From Thermoanaerobaculia bacterium (GTDB lineage: Bacteria > Acidobacteriota > Thermoanaerobaculia > Multivoradales > Multivoraceae), in NCBI GenBank assembly GCA_963664405.1, contig OY761158.1, forward strand, positions 5,120,001-5,184,000: a stretch of 64,000 nt of DNA, written 5' to 3'. Both the position numbers and the translations under genes were made by a program. Positions 18,808 through 28,385 of the stretch are shown piece after piece (positions within the stretch are counted from its first letter, which is position 1; every line of letters begins with the position of its first letter). The notes beneath the pieces were generated by a model. That model made no database searches and was not told the origin of the DNA. It worked only from the letters and a program-made list of their open reading frames with translations.

Positions 18808-20154
18808 TCAGGCCCCCGGTGGTGAGTCCCCGCTGGTGCGGGTTGCGATTCTCTGTCGCCCATCGGGATAGAGGATCACGATCTGGGAACCTGCTCCCGC
18901 CTCCGACCTGAGCTCCAAGCGGCGGTCCTCCATCTCTTCGAAACAGAAGAGACCACCGCCGAGGTGCAATAAGCGCCGGGCCGGGCGGGAAGCAAGCCGA
19001 TACCAGAGGGCGCCGTCGCGGAGGCTGACCGTTTCGTCGCCGTAGGTTCCGACGTACTGGCGAAGAGTCGCTTCGTCGAGGGGAGTCTCCTCTCGGCTGA
19101 GAGTCTCGTGGACCCATTCCAGGGAGGTCGGGGCCTCACTGCCGTTGTTGGTGAGTAGAGTCGCGACGGCGTCCCGATGCGCGAAACGGAGTGCGTCTTT
19201 CTGTGGCAGATCAACGTCGGGAGCGACGCCTGTCCCTTCCCAGTTGGTGCCGGTGATCGGATTGATTGCGCGTCCGAATGGCATCGAGATCTCGATCCCC
19301 AACTTGGGGAAACGGCGCATCGTCACCGGGTGGGCGCCGCCGCCGGTCGTCTCTCCCACGATCTTCGCCCGCTTCAGATTCTTGAGGTTGTAGGTGAACT
19401 CTTCGGCGGCGGAAAAGGTAAAAGCGCTGGTGAGAACGTAGACAGGGATCTCCGTCATCCGTGGCCCGTCGACTTCCTCGTGGGTCCAGAACTCCTGGCG
19501 GCGATCGGTGGCGCGGATGTAGAAGGTATTGAGGTGCACCTTGCCTTCGAAGAGGTAGCTCGACAGCAGCTGGATCATCGAGGGTGAGCCGCCACCGTTG
19601 CGTCGCAGATCGAAGATCAGAGCGTCGCAACTGGCGAGAAAGTTCATTGCTCCGACGGCGGTAGCTCGGGCGCCTCCCATCTCTGCAGCGGCGAAAGAAC
19701 GCAGATCGACATAGCCGACATTCCCTGGCAGTCGCCGTACGCTCTCGAATCCGTAGTTCGTTCGCCTTGCCGCTTCGGCCGGCGACACCCGGGTCGTGCT
19801 GGAAGCCTCGGCCGACGGCTCCGCTGCCGGCGGTAGCTCGCGAACGCGGAGATGCTTGTCGTGGCTGATCGATTGCAGATCCGCAGTCAGGGTTTCCGCC
19901 AGTGGGCCGAGCTCCGCGATCTCTGCGTAGCGTCCGGCCTCGAGGTTGGCGGAGAGCAGCTCTCCCATCTCCGCGGCCTTGTCGGGGAAGACGTAGGTGG
20001 TGTCGAGCGCGGCGACGATGCTTTTCACGATCTCGGCGCGAGAGCCGTCCTCGACCGGCTGCGCCTGCGCAGCACCGGCCGAGATGAGGATCAGGGCGAG
20101 GGAGCAGAGACTGTGCGTCGGGGAAGGCCGGCGGTCGTGGTTCAAGCTCGACAT
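18808..20154 (-). CDS. S41 family peptidase (IRBP-like)
   Basis: DKHL, GNVGY, DLRRNGGG, TFSAAEEF, VGETTGGGA, WEGTGVAPD; signal peptide. Confidence 0.92.
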   Translation of the reverse strand: MSSLNHDRRPSPTHSLCSLALILISAGAAQAQPVEDGSRAEIVKSIVAALDTTYVFPDKAAEMGELLSANLEAGRYAEIAELGPLAETLTADLQSISHDKHLRVRELPPAAEPSAEASSTTRVSPAEAARRTNYGFESVRRLPGNVGYVDLRSFAAAEMGGARATAVGAMNFLASCDALIFDLRRNGGGSPSMIQLLSSYLFEGKVHLNTFYIRATDRRQEFWTHEEVDGPRMTEIPVYVLTSAFTFSAAEEFTYNLKNLKRAKIVGETTGGGAHPVTMRRFPKLGIEISMPFGRAINPITGTNWEGTGVAPDVDLPQKDALRFAHRDAVATLLTNNGSEAPTSLEWVHETLSREETPLDEATLRQYVGTYGDETVSLRDGALWYRLASRPARRLLHLGGGLFCFEEMEDRRLELRSEAGAGSQIVILYPDGRQRIATRTSGDSPPGA

Positions 20155-20342
20155 CGGTACGTCTTGGAGGTTAAACGAAGCGGCAGGCAGAAAGTTGCAC
20201 TCGGAAGCACGGGATCGAAAGAGACAAGCGACGCCGCTCCCGCGATGACCGCAGAGAGAGGCCAGGGCGTCGTCGAAGAAGGCCAGAAGAGGGACCTATT
20301 GGAGACGGGCGGTGTGAGGGCCGCGGGTCCTGCCAAATACGA

Positions 20343-20609
20343 TCAGTACGCGTCTCCGCGGGGGAGCATCGCGTAGACCTGGAGCACCCGGGCCTTTCGA
20401 TCGGGCGTCAGGAGGATTCGCCAGCCACCCACCCTGACTCGGTAGTCCCCCTTGAGCTTTCCCGTGAGAGGGCGCACGCGGGGGTGGAGCAGGGGCTTGT
20501 CGGCGTTCTCGAGGCTGAGCAAGCTCTCCTTGACCCTGCGGCGAGTTGTTCTGTCGAGCTTGAGGTACTGCTTCTCGGCCGACGGCTTGACCTCAATCCG
20601 CCAGCTCAT
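20343..20609 (-). CDS. RelE/ParE family toxin
   Basis: MSWRIEVKPSAEKQYLKLD...RPLTGKLKGDYRVRVGGWRIL...PRGDAY. Confidence 0.88.
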   Translation of the reverse strand: MSWRIEVKPSAEKQYLKLDRTTRRRVKESLLSLENADKPLLHPRVRPLTGKLKGDYRVRVGGWRILLTPDRKARVLQVYAMLPRGDAY

Positions 20610-20832
20610 CGAGTCCTTTGCCCTCGACCCCCTCTGCGACCTCCTTCTTGCCACGAGCGATAATGTCGACCCATTCGGGCCGGGAAAGAAGGTCGAGCGT
20701 CTCCTGATGCCGCTCGATGTACTCGTCGATGAGCTCGGAGAGAATCTCCTTCATCTCGGTCTTCTCAACACCCGCGATGATTCGCAGGATGTCTCGCTTT
20801 TCCTCCGGAATTCTCACTGTTGCCGTCGCCAT
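20593..20832 (-). CDS. Cognate antitoxin (RHH-like)
   Basis: 79-aa ORF overlapping the toxin start; ATVRIPEEKRDIL...ETLDLL...ARGKKE. Confidence 0.8.
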   Translation of the reverse strand: MATATVRIPEEKRDILRIIAGVEKTEMKEILSELIDEYIERHQETLDLLSRPEWVDIIARGKKEVAEGVEGKGLDELAD

Positions 20833-20999
20833 GCATGCTCCTTTGCGGTCCACTAGTAGCCTAGGCGCCTGAGGGCATAGTGTCAACCAGGGGCCCCTAG
20901 CTTTTCGGCTGAGCCAACCGCTCGGCGCCTTGGCCCGAGGCCGGGGTCGCTACCAGTCAGAGTAGCGCGACGTGGCGGCCGTCCGGGCTGGCACCGCCC

Positions 21000-22754
21000 T
21001 TATTCCTCGCGCCCGACCATGAACGAGAGGGTCGCCACCGAGTCCAAGCCCGACGTTCGATCGTGGACTCCGATCGCCAGAGTCTGTTGGCCCTCCCTCA
21101 TCGCCAGCTCGATCGGATAGCCGGCGGCATTACGCCGGGCTTCGTCCAGTCGTTCTGAGGGCACGACGATTGGAAGCAGGTCGCGGTGGGACTGCGAGGC
21201 GTTTCCGTCCGCGTCGACTGCGACAAGGACGAGGTCCAACTCCGCAACATGACCCTGTGCCGTTTGCTGGAATGTCAAGTTGGCCATCGGGATAGCCAGG
21301 ACCACCGACACCTGGTAGCCCTTCTTCTCACTTTTCGTCTGCAGTCGCTCCTGGATCAGCAGGCCGAGCGGATTGGTGTCGACTCCGTGGATGCCGGCTG
21401 CGGCGGCCAGCGCCTCGAGTCGAGCAGCGACTCCCTGGTTGGCGAAGCCGTCGACGTGTCGCAGGCGTACTCCCGGTCTCTTCTCCTTCAGCGAGGCTTT
21501 GATGTTCTTGTAATCCTCTCCCCAGTCGTCGGGTGCAGCAAAGCCCAAGGAGTAATAGTTCGAAAAGTCGCGACGAAGATCTGTCAAGAAGTTCGCCAGC
21601 CCCGCCGAGTTCGTCGACAGCCGTCCCCCGGTCTCGTCGGCAGCCATCAGTAGTGGTCCCATCAGGGTCTCTTCTTCTACAGACTGGCTGAAACGGCTGA
21701 CCGAGCGAGCCCCCGCCCCTTGCATTCTCGTACCGGCGCTCTCTACCGAGCTATGCACGATCGGGTAGAAGATTGCGCCGACCTCACTGGCCTGGCGGGT
21801 CAGAGTCTGCATCGCTTGCAATGTGGAAGTGAGGAACGCCGAGTCGAGCTCGTCACGTATCGGATCGGTACCGTTCTCACACTGATCCAACGCCCAGGGC
21901 TCGATCCTCTCCCTGTAGATCTCCACGAGCGAGTCGAGAGGTCTTTCGGGCAAGCCGTCGCTGACGAAGATGACGGCCTTTCGCCCGGGAATGCCGCGGA
22001 TCGAGGAGAGGAATCCACTCGTGGCCGAGAGTGTTCCAATGACCTGCCGGTATCGACGCTCGCCGAGGTGGTTGCGCCTCCCGGCCAGCTCGTGGGCAGC
22101 GGCTATCGATGACTCGTTACACGGCAGGAGCATCATGCCATCGAGACCTCGCAGGTACGCGGAGTGCTCGAGATCAAGGTTCCGCATCGGTGCCGGACCT
22201 GAAACGACTCGATCGATGGCGCGGGCGATCGCCACGCGATCCGAGGTAAAGCCCTGCACGATCTCGAGGCCTTGACGAATGCGAGCGACGAACACGCGAT
22301 CACCCGGTCGCAGAGTGCCGTCGAGCTCATCCTTGAGTTGTGCAAAGACCGCTGCTCGGCTGCGGTTGGTGATGTGCGTCTCGTCTACGATCACTGCCAA
22401 GTGGAGTCCTCGCGTACTGCCTGCAGGAGGAGCGATCGGCCCATCGACGTCCGACGCCGATTCCAGAATGCCTCCGCCGACTTCGAAGAAGTTGGCGATC
22501 TTCGTCGACTCACCTTCGACTTGCAGCTCGAAGTCTTCACGGGTCAAGCCCGGGACCGGGTTGTCGTGTGAGTCGGTCGCGACCACTTCGACATTGATGA
22601 TCCGCACCTCCACGATCTCGCCGAAAGTAGCGGCAGGCTCCTGTGCTCCTCCAGCAACTGGCGAAGCGATCAGCGCGGCGGCCAGAGACCATGTGAGTCG
22701 TCGCGGATTCATCGGGGCTCCAAAAGTCGGGAGCGCAGCTGGCTCGAGGTGCAT
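21000..22754 (-). CDS. VWA domain-containing protein (acidobacterial type)
   Basis: INVEVVATD...PVPGLTREDF, GRKAVIFVSDG, ETGG, YYSLGF. Confidence 0.85.
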   Translation of the reverse strand: MHLEPAALPTFGAPMNPRRLTWSLAAALIASPVAGGAQEPAATFGEIVEVRIINVEVVATDSHDNPVPGLTREDFELQVEGESTKIANFFEVGGGILESASDVDGPIAPPAGSTRGLHLAVIVDETHITNRSRAAVFAQLKDELDGTLRPGDRVFVARIRQGLEIVQGFTSDRVAIARAIDRVVSGPAPMRNLDLEHSAYLRGLDGMMLLPCNESSIAAAHELAGRRNHLGERRYRQVIGTLSATSGFLSSIRGIPGRKAVIFVSDGLPERPLDSLVEIYRERIEPWALDQCENGTDPIRDELDSAFLTSTLQAMQTLTRQASEVGAIFYPIVHSSVESAGTRMQGAGARSVSRFSQSVEEETLMGPLLMAADETGGRLSTNSAGLANFLTDLRRDFSNYYSLGFAAPDDWGEDYKNIKASLKEKRPGVRLRHVDGFANQGVAARLEALAAAAGIHGVDTNPLGLLIQERLQTKSEKKGYQVSVVLAIPMANLTFQQTAQGHVAELDLVLVAVDADGNASQSHRDLLPIVVPSERLDEARRNAAGYPIELAMREGQQTLAIGVHDRTSGLDSVATLSFMVGREE

Positions 22755-22820
22755 TCTACTCCGACCCCAATGCCGAGAAATCGACCCTTCCCCCCTTTCG
22801 ATGCGAATGATACTCCGGGT

Positions 22821-23855
22821 TCACTCGTCGATCGTGAGGCGCAGGCGAGCCATGCCGATGCCCTGCTCTCCGGCGACGGAGTAGAGCAGCCATAGGCGCT
22901 CCTTGTCCTCGAAGATGGCTGGATCTCGCAATTGGTGGGCCGGCCCGGTGACGTGCCCGGTTAACGAGGGCTCGATCGGCAGCTCGGCGCCCTCCCAGGG
23001 GTGCTCGGGCCGCAGCACTGACATTGGCGGCGACGACGTCCATTCGCTCCAGTCCGCCCGGAGGTCCACAGTCGACAGCAGGATGTGCTCGGGCGCGTCG
23101 CCGGACCGGCTGAAGAAAACGAATAGGGTGTGGCCTCGGACCACGACCCCTGCATGCCTCAGCCGAGGGTCGAAGAGCGTCGGCCCCACCTCGAAATCAC
23201 CTAGCCCGTCCGCCGAGCGGTAGAGCACCCCTGGCTTGGCCAGGCCGTACACATGTCCCTGCCAGCGGAAGACCCTCAGATAGGGCTGTGTCAGTACTTC
23301 TTCGCGGGCTTCGAAGCGCAGGCCGTCGCGCGACACCGCCACCCGAGTGGCCTGCCGGCCGTTGGGCAGGATGCCGTGGTAATAGAGTCGGATCTCGCGC
23401 CGCTCCTCGTCGACCACGGCGTCGGGTGAGGCGATATGGGGGATGGCGTTCTCGGGATTGCGGGCGACGGCGGCTTCATAGCGTCGCCGCGCCTCCTCCG
23501 ACAGGGTGGCCGGATCGGGCACCTCAGCCAGGAAGAGACTTTCCTCGAGCCGTAGGGAGCCAGGTGCATGAACGGTCCAGGGACCCTCGGGGTGCGAGGC
23601 CCAGGCCAGGCGGATGAAGGCGCCTTTGTGGTGCGCGAAGTAGAGGTAGTAGTCGCCCAGACGATCCTCCACCCAGTCGGGTACCCGGATCATCGACGGA
23701 CCGTTGATGTTGGTGCCGATCGACGCCTCCATCTGCGGCCGCACGATCGGATTGGCGCTCACCCGCTCGACCTCGACGCCCTGTCCCGCCACCTCGATGG
23801 CGCCCACCAGCGCGAGCGCCGCGAGGGCACCGAGGGTGCGCTTCACAGTGGTCAA
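22821..23855 (-). CDS. Exported glycoside-hydrolase-like beta-propeller protein
   Basis: Signal peptide; NINGPS...YYLYFAHHKG, HIASPD, QLRDPAIFE, YSVAGEQGI. Confidence 0.7.
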   Translation of the reverse strand: MTTVKRTLGALAALALVGAIEVAGQGVEVERVSANPIVRPQMEASIGTNINGPSMIRVPDWVEDRLGDYYLYFAHHKGAFIRLAWASHPEGPWTVHAPGSLRLEESLFLAEVPDPATLSEEARRRYEAAVARNPENAIPHIASPDAVVDEERREIRLYYHGILPNGRQATRVAVSRDGLRFEAREEVLTQPYLRVFRWQGHVYGLAKPGVLYRSADGLGDFEVGPTLFDPRLRHAGVVVRGHTLFVFFSRSGDAPEHILLSTVDLRADWSEWTSSPPMSVLRPEHPWEGAELPIEPSLTGHVTGPAHQLRDPAIFEDKERLWLLYSVAGEQGIGMARLRLTIDE

Positions 23856-23900
23856 GCCGCGACCCTGCGTTATGCCCGAAGGCCTTGGCGAAGACCATGC

Positions 23901-24006
23901 GCGGGTCCTGCGAAGTACGATCAGTATGCGTCTCCGCGGGGAAGAATAGCGTAGACGTGGAGCACCCCGGACTCACGATCGGGTGTCTGAGGGCATCGTG
24001 TCAACC
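23901..24006 (-). pseudogene. Deletion remnant of a second relBE-type module
   Basis: 23901-23987 is a diverged copy of 20323-20409 (toxin 3' end, ...VLHVYAILPRGDAY*), joined directly to tgagggcatcgtgtcaacc, which matches 20870-20888 upstream of the antitoxin. Confidence 0.85.
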
Positions 24007-24078
24007 GTTGACGAAGACTTTCCCGTCGACTCGCCTGCGGCCTGCGTGGCCTGCGTGGTGTAGCGGAAGGGTGGGGTC

Positions 24079-25095
24079 TCAGGTACCGCCGCTCGAAACC
24101 GACAAGCGAATACTGCCGTCCGACGAACGTGCCCGGAGACGACCGCCGCCGCCGTTGAGCTCTCCTGCCCGGTACCCGCGACGCTCTTCTGTGATCGCTT
24201 CTTCGGGAGCGTCGACGACCAGGCGTCCGTCGTCGCTGGCAAGGGAGAAAGAGAGCGCTATCGACGAATCCAGCTCGACCTCGATTCGACCATCGTCGCT
24301 CTCGAGGTTCACATCGTTCGGCTTGCCGCCGACGAGCTCCAGGTAGATATTGCCGTCTTCGCTGCGTACGTCGAGCTTGGAAGTCTGCATCGATCGCATG
24401 CGCACGTCGCCGTCATCGCTCACCACGTCGAAGTCGCCGACACAGTCGCTCATCTCGAGATCCCCGTCTTCCATCCGCAGGCGCCCCGAGGAGACCTTGC
24501 AGTCAGAGATCGTCAGGTCGGAATCGTCCGCGGTCACGAACAACTCGGCCTCGAGACCTCGAATCTCGAGATCACCGTCCGCCATTTCGATCGTCACTCG
24601 CCCAGTCTGGATGTCTTCGAGTATCACGTCGCCGTCATCGACTACGGTTTCGACATCGGCTCGCCAGCCTCTGATTCGCACGTCGCCGTCTTCACCCAAT
24701 GACTCGAGCTCGAGGTAGCTCGGCGCCTTGATCGTGTAGGTGTACTCGTAGCGCCTCTTGGTGTTGATGCCGATCAAGATGCCGCCTTCGGCGGTCTCGC
24801 GACCGATTACCGAGATCTCGTCTCCACGCTCCCTGAAGTCGACGACGAAGTCGGCGTCAGTGCGACCGAAGCCGATGATCGTCACATCTCCGCGATAGTG
24901 CACCTCTATGTCGAGCACGTCCCGGTCCCAGGGCTCGACGCTGACGTCGCCGTCGCCGTGCTCGAGATGCAGGCGCATCCCCTCGCGGACATCGAAACTC
25001 TCGTGGAACTCCCGTTCGATCGTCTCAGCGAAGGCCGCCGAGCCCAACATTCCTAGTGCAAGCGTGGCAACGCACGCGGGCAGAAGCCTGGTCAT
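24079..25095 (-). CDS. DUF4097 beta-strand repeat (adhesin-like) protein
   Basis: Signal peptide; repeated DDGDV/EDGDL units; terminal LRARSSDGSIRL. Confidence 0.85.
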   Translation of the reverse strand: MTRLLPACVATLALGMLGSAAFAETIEREFHESFDVREGMRLHLEHGDGDVSVEPWDRDVLDIEVHYRGDVTIIGFGRTDADFVVDFRERGDEISVIGRETAEGGILIGINTKRRYEYTYTIKAPSYLELESLGEDGDVRIRGWRADVETVVDDGDVILEDIQTGRVTIEMADGDLEIRGLEAELFVTADDSDLTISDCKVSSGRLRMEDGDLEMSDCVGDFDVVSDDGDVRMRSMQTSKLDVRSEDGNIYLELVGGKPNDVNLESDDGRIEVELDSSIALSFSLASDDGRLVVDAPEEAITEERRGYRAGELNGGGGRLRARSSDGSIRLSVSSGGT

Positions 25096-25268
25096 GGGTA
25101 CACCTCCTTGCTAATCGATACGACAACTGATCGAAAACGTTCCAATGGATTGCGAGAACGCGGAGGAAGCGGAGCCACCCGGAGGGCCGGCCGGCCGAGA
25201 AGGTGGCCGGCCGAGAAGGTGCCACCCGAATATTCTCGAGGCCGCTAGGGGACTGACCCGTGAGAGCC

Positions 25269-25679
25269 TCAACCGGTGCTTCGAAACCATATGGGTGTTC
25301 CGAGCCCGACGGCCACGAACAGCGCCGCTGCCAACACGAAGATCCCTGAGCCCAGCTTTGGGTAGAGCATCGCGCCGGCCAGCAGCCCGAGGATGCTGGC
25401 AACACTGCTGGCGCTGGTGATGGCTCCCTGGACGGCTCCCTGGTCGCGAACCCCGGCGGCTCGGGCTACCCGAGTCTGGAAGGTGGGCCAGGCGAGGCCA
25501 TTGCCCAAGGCGAAGAGGGAGGCTCCGGTGTAAAGCAGAGCACCAGAGTGGAATCGATAGCAGAGAAACGCTGCGGCCAGGGAGCTGATGCCAAGTGCGA
25601 AAACGGTTTTCGGGGCCCAGCGTCGACTGGCGTAGCGCAGAACTGGACCTTGGGCGATGATCATGGCGACGGCAGGCAC
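25269..25679 (-). pseudogene. C-terminal fragment of an MFS (TetA-like) transporter
   Basis: Only about 4-5 TM segments (GNGLAWPT...DQGAVQGAITSASSVASILG); N-terminal half absent. Confidence 0.7.
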
Positions 25680-25788
25680 CGAAGGTTGCCCAGGCAGCCT
25701 GCGGCAGCCAAAGGGTGTCAGGCGTCAACCCGTCAGAGCCCTGCTGGACGCAGAGTTTTTCTGTAATAAGCGAACGACCAGGCAAGCA

Positions 25789-28116
25789 TTAGAGGCGCGA
25801 ATACGAAGCGTTGCCTATTGCTTGGCCATGGCAATCTTGAGCTCCAATGCGGGGTCGTAATAACCCTTGCCGTCGGTCGTTACTGTCACACGGTCGATTT
25901 TTTCCGCTGAATTTGAAAGGTGATGAATAATCATCCACAACCGGGGACTGGCTGTTGTATCCGCAGCAGAAGCCGCTGTCCGCCAAGTGGTAGCGAACAC
26001 CGATCGTGCGCGGAATTCTCCCCTCGCCGACCTTCTTCCCATTGATCAACAACAGCCCTTGTCCACCGGGACCGATGCCTTCGACACTATCTTTCTCAAA
26101 CCTGAATTCTAGTTTCACTGCTCCTGACGGGATGACATCACTGGACACCATTCGGTGGCGTTCCATGTTCAAGAAGTTGTAGGCGTAGCGGAGCCGTTGG
26201 TCTTTCACATAGAACGTGTAGCCGCCGTATCTTCCTCCGTGGCACAGTAATACCCCTTCAGCACCGTCCGGTGGGATCTCCACCTCGGCCACGATAGTGT
26301 GAGACCGATTCTTTACATTAACCGCGACTCCTTCACCAATGGGCGCTCCATCGGGAAAGTAGATGTACTCCTGTTTATCCTCATAAGGCTTCGGACGTGG
26401 CTCGAACATACGTTCCATCGCCCTATCGTCCAAAGGCAGCACGTTGTACCGCCCTGCCTCAGCCCACCACAGGTCCTGCAATTCTCGAAGCCTGTCCGGG
26501 TACTCGCCCGCCAGGTCTCTATATTCTGAGAAATCCTCAGCGACGTGGTAGAGCTCCCAGACGTCATCATCAAATGACCTACCTTCCAGTCCGCGAATCG
26601 GAGCGGCTTTACGATGCCAGGTGACGGCCTTCCATCCACGGTGATAGATGGCCCGACATCCCATCATTTCGTAGTATTGAGTCAGGTGACGCCCGTCGGC
26701 TTCGGCCTCATCCAGTGAATAGCCGAAGCTTGTTCCTTCCAACGGTTTCTGGGCATGGCCGTCGAGATCGTCGGGTGCCTGCAATCCCAGCAACTCGAGC
26801 ACTGTTGGTACCAGATCAATGGCGTGGACGTACTGTCTTCTCATCTCTCCCTTTGCCTTGATGGCATTCGGCCATTGGACAATCATGGGGTCCGCTACGC
26901 CGCCCTCATGGGTCTCGGTCTTCCAGCGTTTCAGCGGCGCGTTTCCTGCCCACGTCCATCCCCAGGGATAGTTGCAGTAGGAATCGGGGCCGCCGAGCTT
27001 GTCGAGCTCGGCAAGGTTCTCATCGAGGGTAAACGGAACGGCATTGAAGAGCCGCGCCTCGCTGGTGGACCCGTCGGGCCCTCCTTCAGAGCTGGCTCCA
27101 TTGTCAGATACCAGCATGATGAGGGTGTTGTCGTATTGATCGATCTGCTTTAGATATTCAAGCAGTCTACCGATATGGAAATCCGTGTGCTCCAGAAAGC
27201 CGGCGTAAACTTCCATGAAGCGAGCGTAGACCCTTTTCTGAGTGCCAGACAAAGTCTCCCAGTCTTGAACCCATTTAGGCCGGGGCGGCAGCTGGGTGTT
27301 TTCCGGGATAACCCCATCCCTTAACTGACGTTGATAGATCTCTTCCCGCCATTTCTCCCAGCCGTGATCGAATTTCCCGCGATATTTTTCAATCCACTCG
27401 GCGGGGGCCTGGTGAGGAGCGTGCATGGCACCCGGTGCGAAGTACATGAAGAAGGGTTTGTCCGGCTCCACGTTCTTGAGGTCTGTAATAAACTCCTGGG
27501 CCTTCTCAACCATATCTTCCGTGAGGTGGTAGCCCTCCTCGGCGGTTCTTGGCGGCGTAACAGGATGATTGTCGTAGATCAGATTGGGGTCGAACTGATC
27601 TGAATGGCCGCCCAGAAAACCGTAAAAACGTTCGAATCCGCGTCCCAGGGGCCAGCGCTCCTTGGTGGCGGCCATATTGGTTTCCTCGTCCGGTGTCAGG
27701 TGCCACTTCCCGAGGGCAAAGCAGGAATAGCCTTCTTTTGACAGCGTCTCGCTGAGAAATCCGTTTTCTTTTGGGATGGTGCAGTTGTAGCCAGGGTAGC
27801 CCGTGGCGAACTCAGTGATGCAAGCCATGCCGTTGGAATGGTGATTGCGCCCCGTCAGTAAACAGGACCGGGTTGGCGAACACATGGCGGTGGTATGGAA
27901 GTTGGTATACATCAGACCTTCTTCGGCCATGCCATCCATATTTGGAGTGGCGATATCAGACCCATAGCAGCCCAATTGGGCAAACCCAACATCGTCAAGC
28001 ACGATGAAGAGGATGTTGGGTGAACCGGCGGGAGACTTTGGAGGCGGGTCCCAATGGGGTTTTGACTCTTCTCGGAGTCTACCGATTATTGCTTTGACTT
28101 CGGCTTGCTCTTCCAT
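25789..28116 (-). CDS. Arylsulfatase (cytoplasmic, AtsA/AtsD-like) with a probable frameshift close to the 3' end
   Basis: LDDVGF, CSPTR formylglycine motif, GKWHL, SDNG; the natural-looking tail KIDRVTVTTDGKGYYDPALELKIAMAKQ* (stop 25815) lies in another frame after the T6 run at 25898-25903. Confidence 0.9.
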   Translation of the reverse strand: MEEQAEVKAIIGRLREESKPHWDPPPKSPAGSPNILFIVLDDVGFAQLGCYGSDIATPNMDGMAEEGLMYTNFHTTAMCSPTRSCLLTGRNHHSNGMACITEFATGYPGYNCTIPKENGFLSETLSKEGYSCFALGKWHLTPDEETNMAATKERWPLGRGFERFYGFLGGHSDQFDPNLIYDNHPVTPPRTAEEGYHLTEDMVEKAQEFITDLKNVEPDKPFFMYFAPGAMHAPHQAPAEWIEKYRGKFDHGWEKWREEIYQRQLRDGVIPENTQLPPRPKWVQDWETLSGTQKRVYARFMEVYAGFLEHTDFHIGRLLEYLKQIDQYDNTLIMLVSDNGASSEGGPDGSTSEARLFNAVPFTLDENLAELDKLGGPDSYCNYPWGWTWAGNAPLKRWKTETHEGGVADPMIVQWPNAIKAKGEMRRQYVHAIDLVPTVLELLGLQAPDDLDGHAQKPLEGTSFGYSLDEAEADGRHLTQYYEMMGCRAIYHRGWKAVTWHRKAAPIRGLEGRSFDDDVWELYHVAEDFSEYRDLAGEYPDRLRELQDLWWAEAGRYNVLPLDDRAMERMFEPRPKPYEDKQEYIYFPDGAPIGEGVAVNVKNRSHTIVAEVEIPPDGAEGVLLCHGGRYGGYTFYVKDQRLRYAYNFLNMERHRMVSSDVIPSGAVKLEFRFEKDSVEGIGPGGQGLLLINGKKVGEGRIPRTIGVRYHLADSGFCCGYNSQSPVVDDYSSPFKFSGKNRPCDSNDRRQGLLRPRIGAQDCHGQAIGNASYSRL

Positions 28117-28385
28117 TTCCGCTCCTTCTCAATCGAGGCACTGTCAGATGTCGCTCGGCCAGGCCTGACCCCAACCGCCCCGCAGCTGCTCCGCGAGCCT
28201 CTCCTCCAGGGCGCCATGCTCGGTCCGACCGGCGATCGGTGCCGACAGATCCTTCGACTCGCTCATGTCCTCGTCGGCATCCTCTTGCTCGAGTGGGCTC
28301 TTGGGGCTCGTGCGGACAATAGACGGGCCCGCCTGGACTTTCAAGCGGACGCGCGAAGATCGGGTGTGAGAGTGTAAGGCACTGC

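Noticed and set aside
25190-25222. Tandem ggccggccgagaaggt repeat
   Set aside because: Only two units with no spacers; not CRISPR and no function supportable.
25256-25740. 12/13-bp direct repeat acccgt(g/c)agagcc flanking the MFS fragment
   Set aside because: Short, imperfect and in GC-rich DNA; no associated TIRs or recombinase, so chance cannot be excluded.
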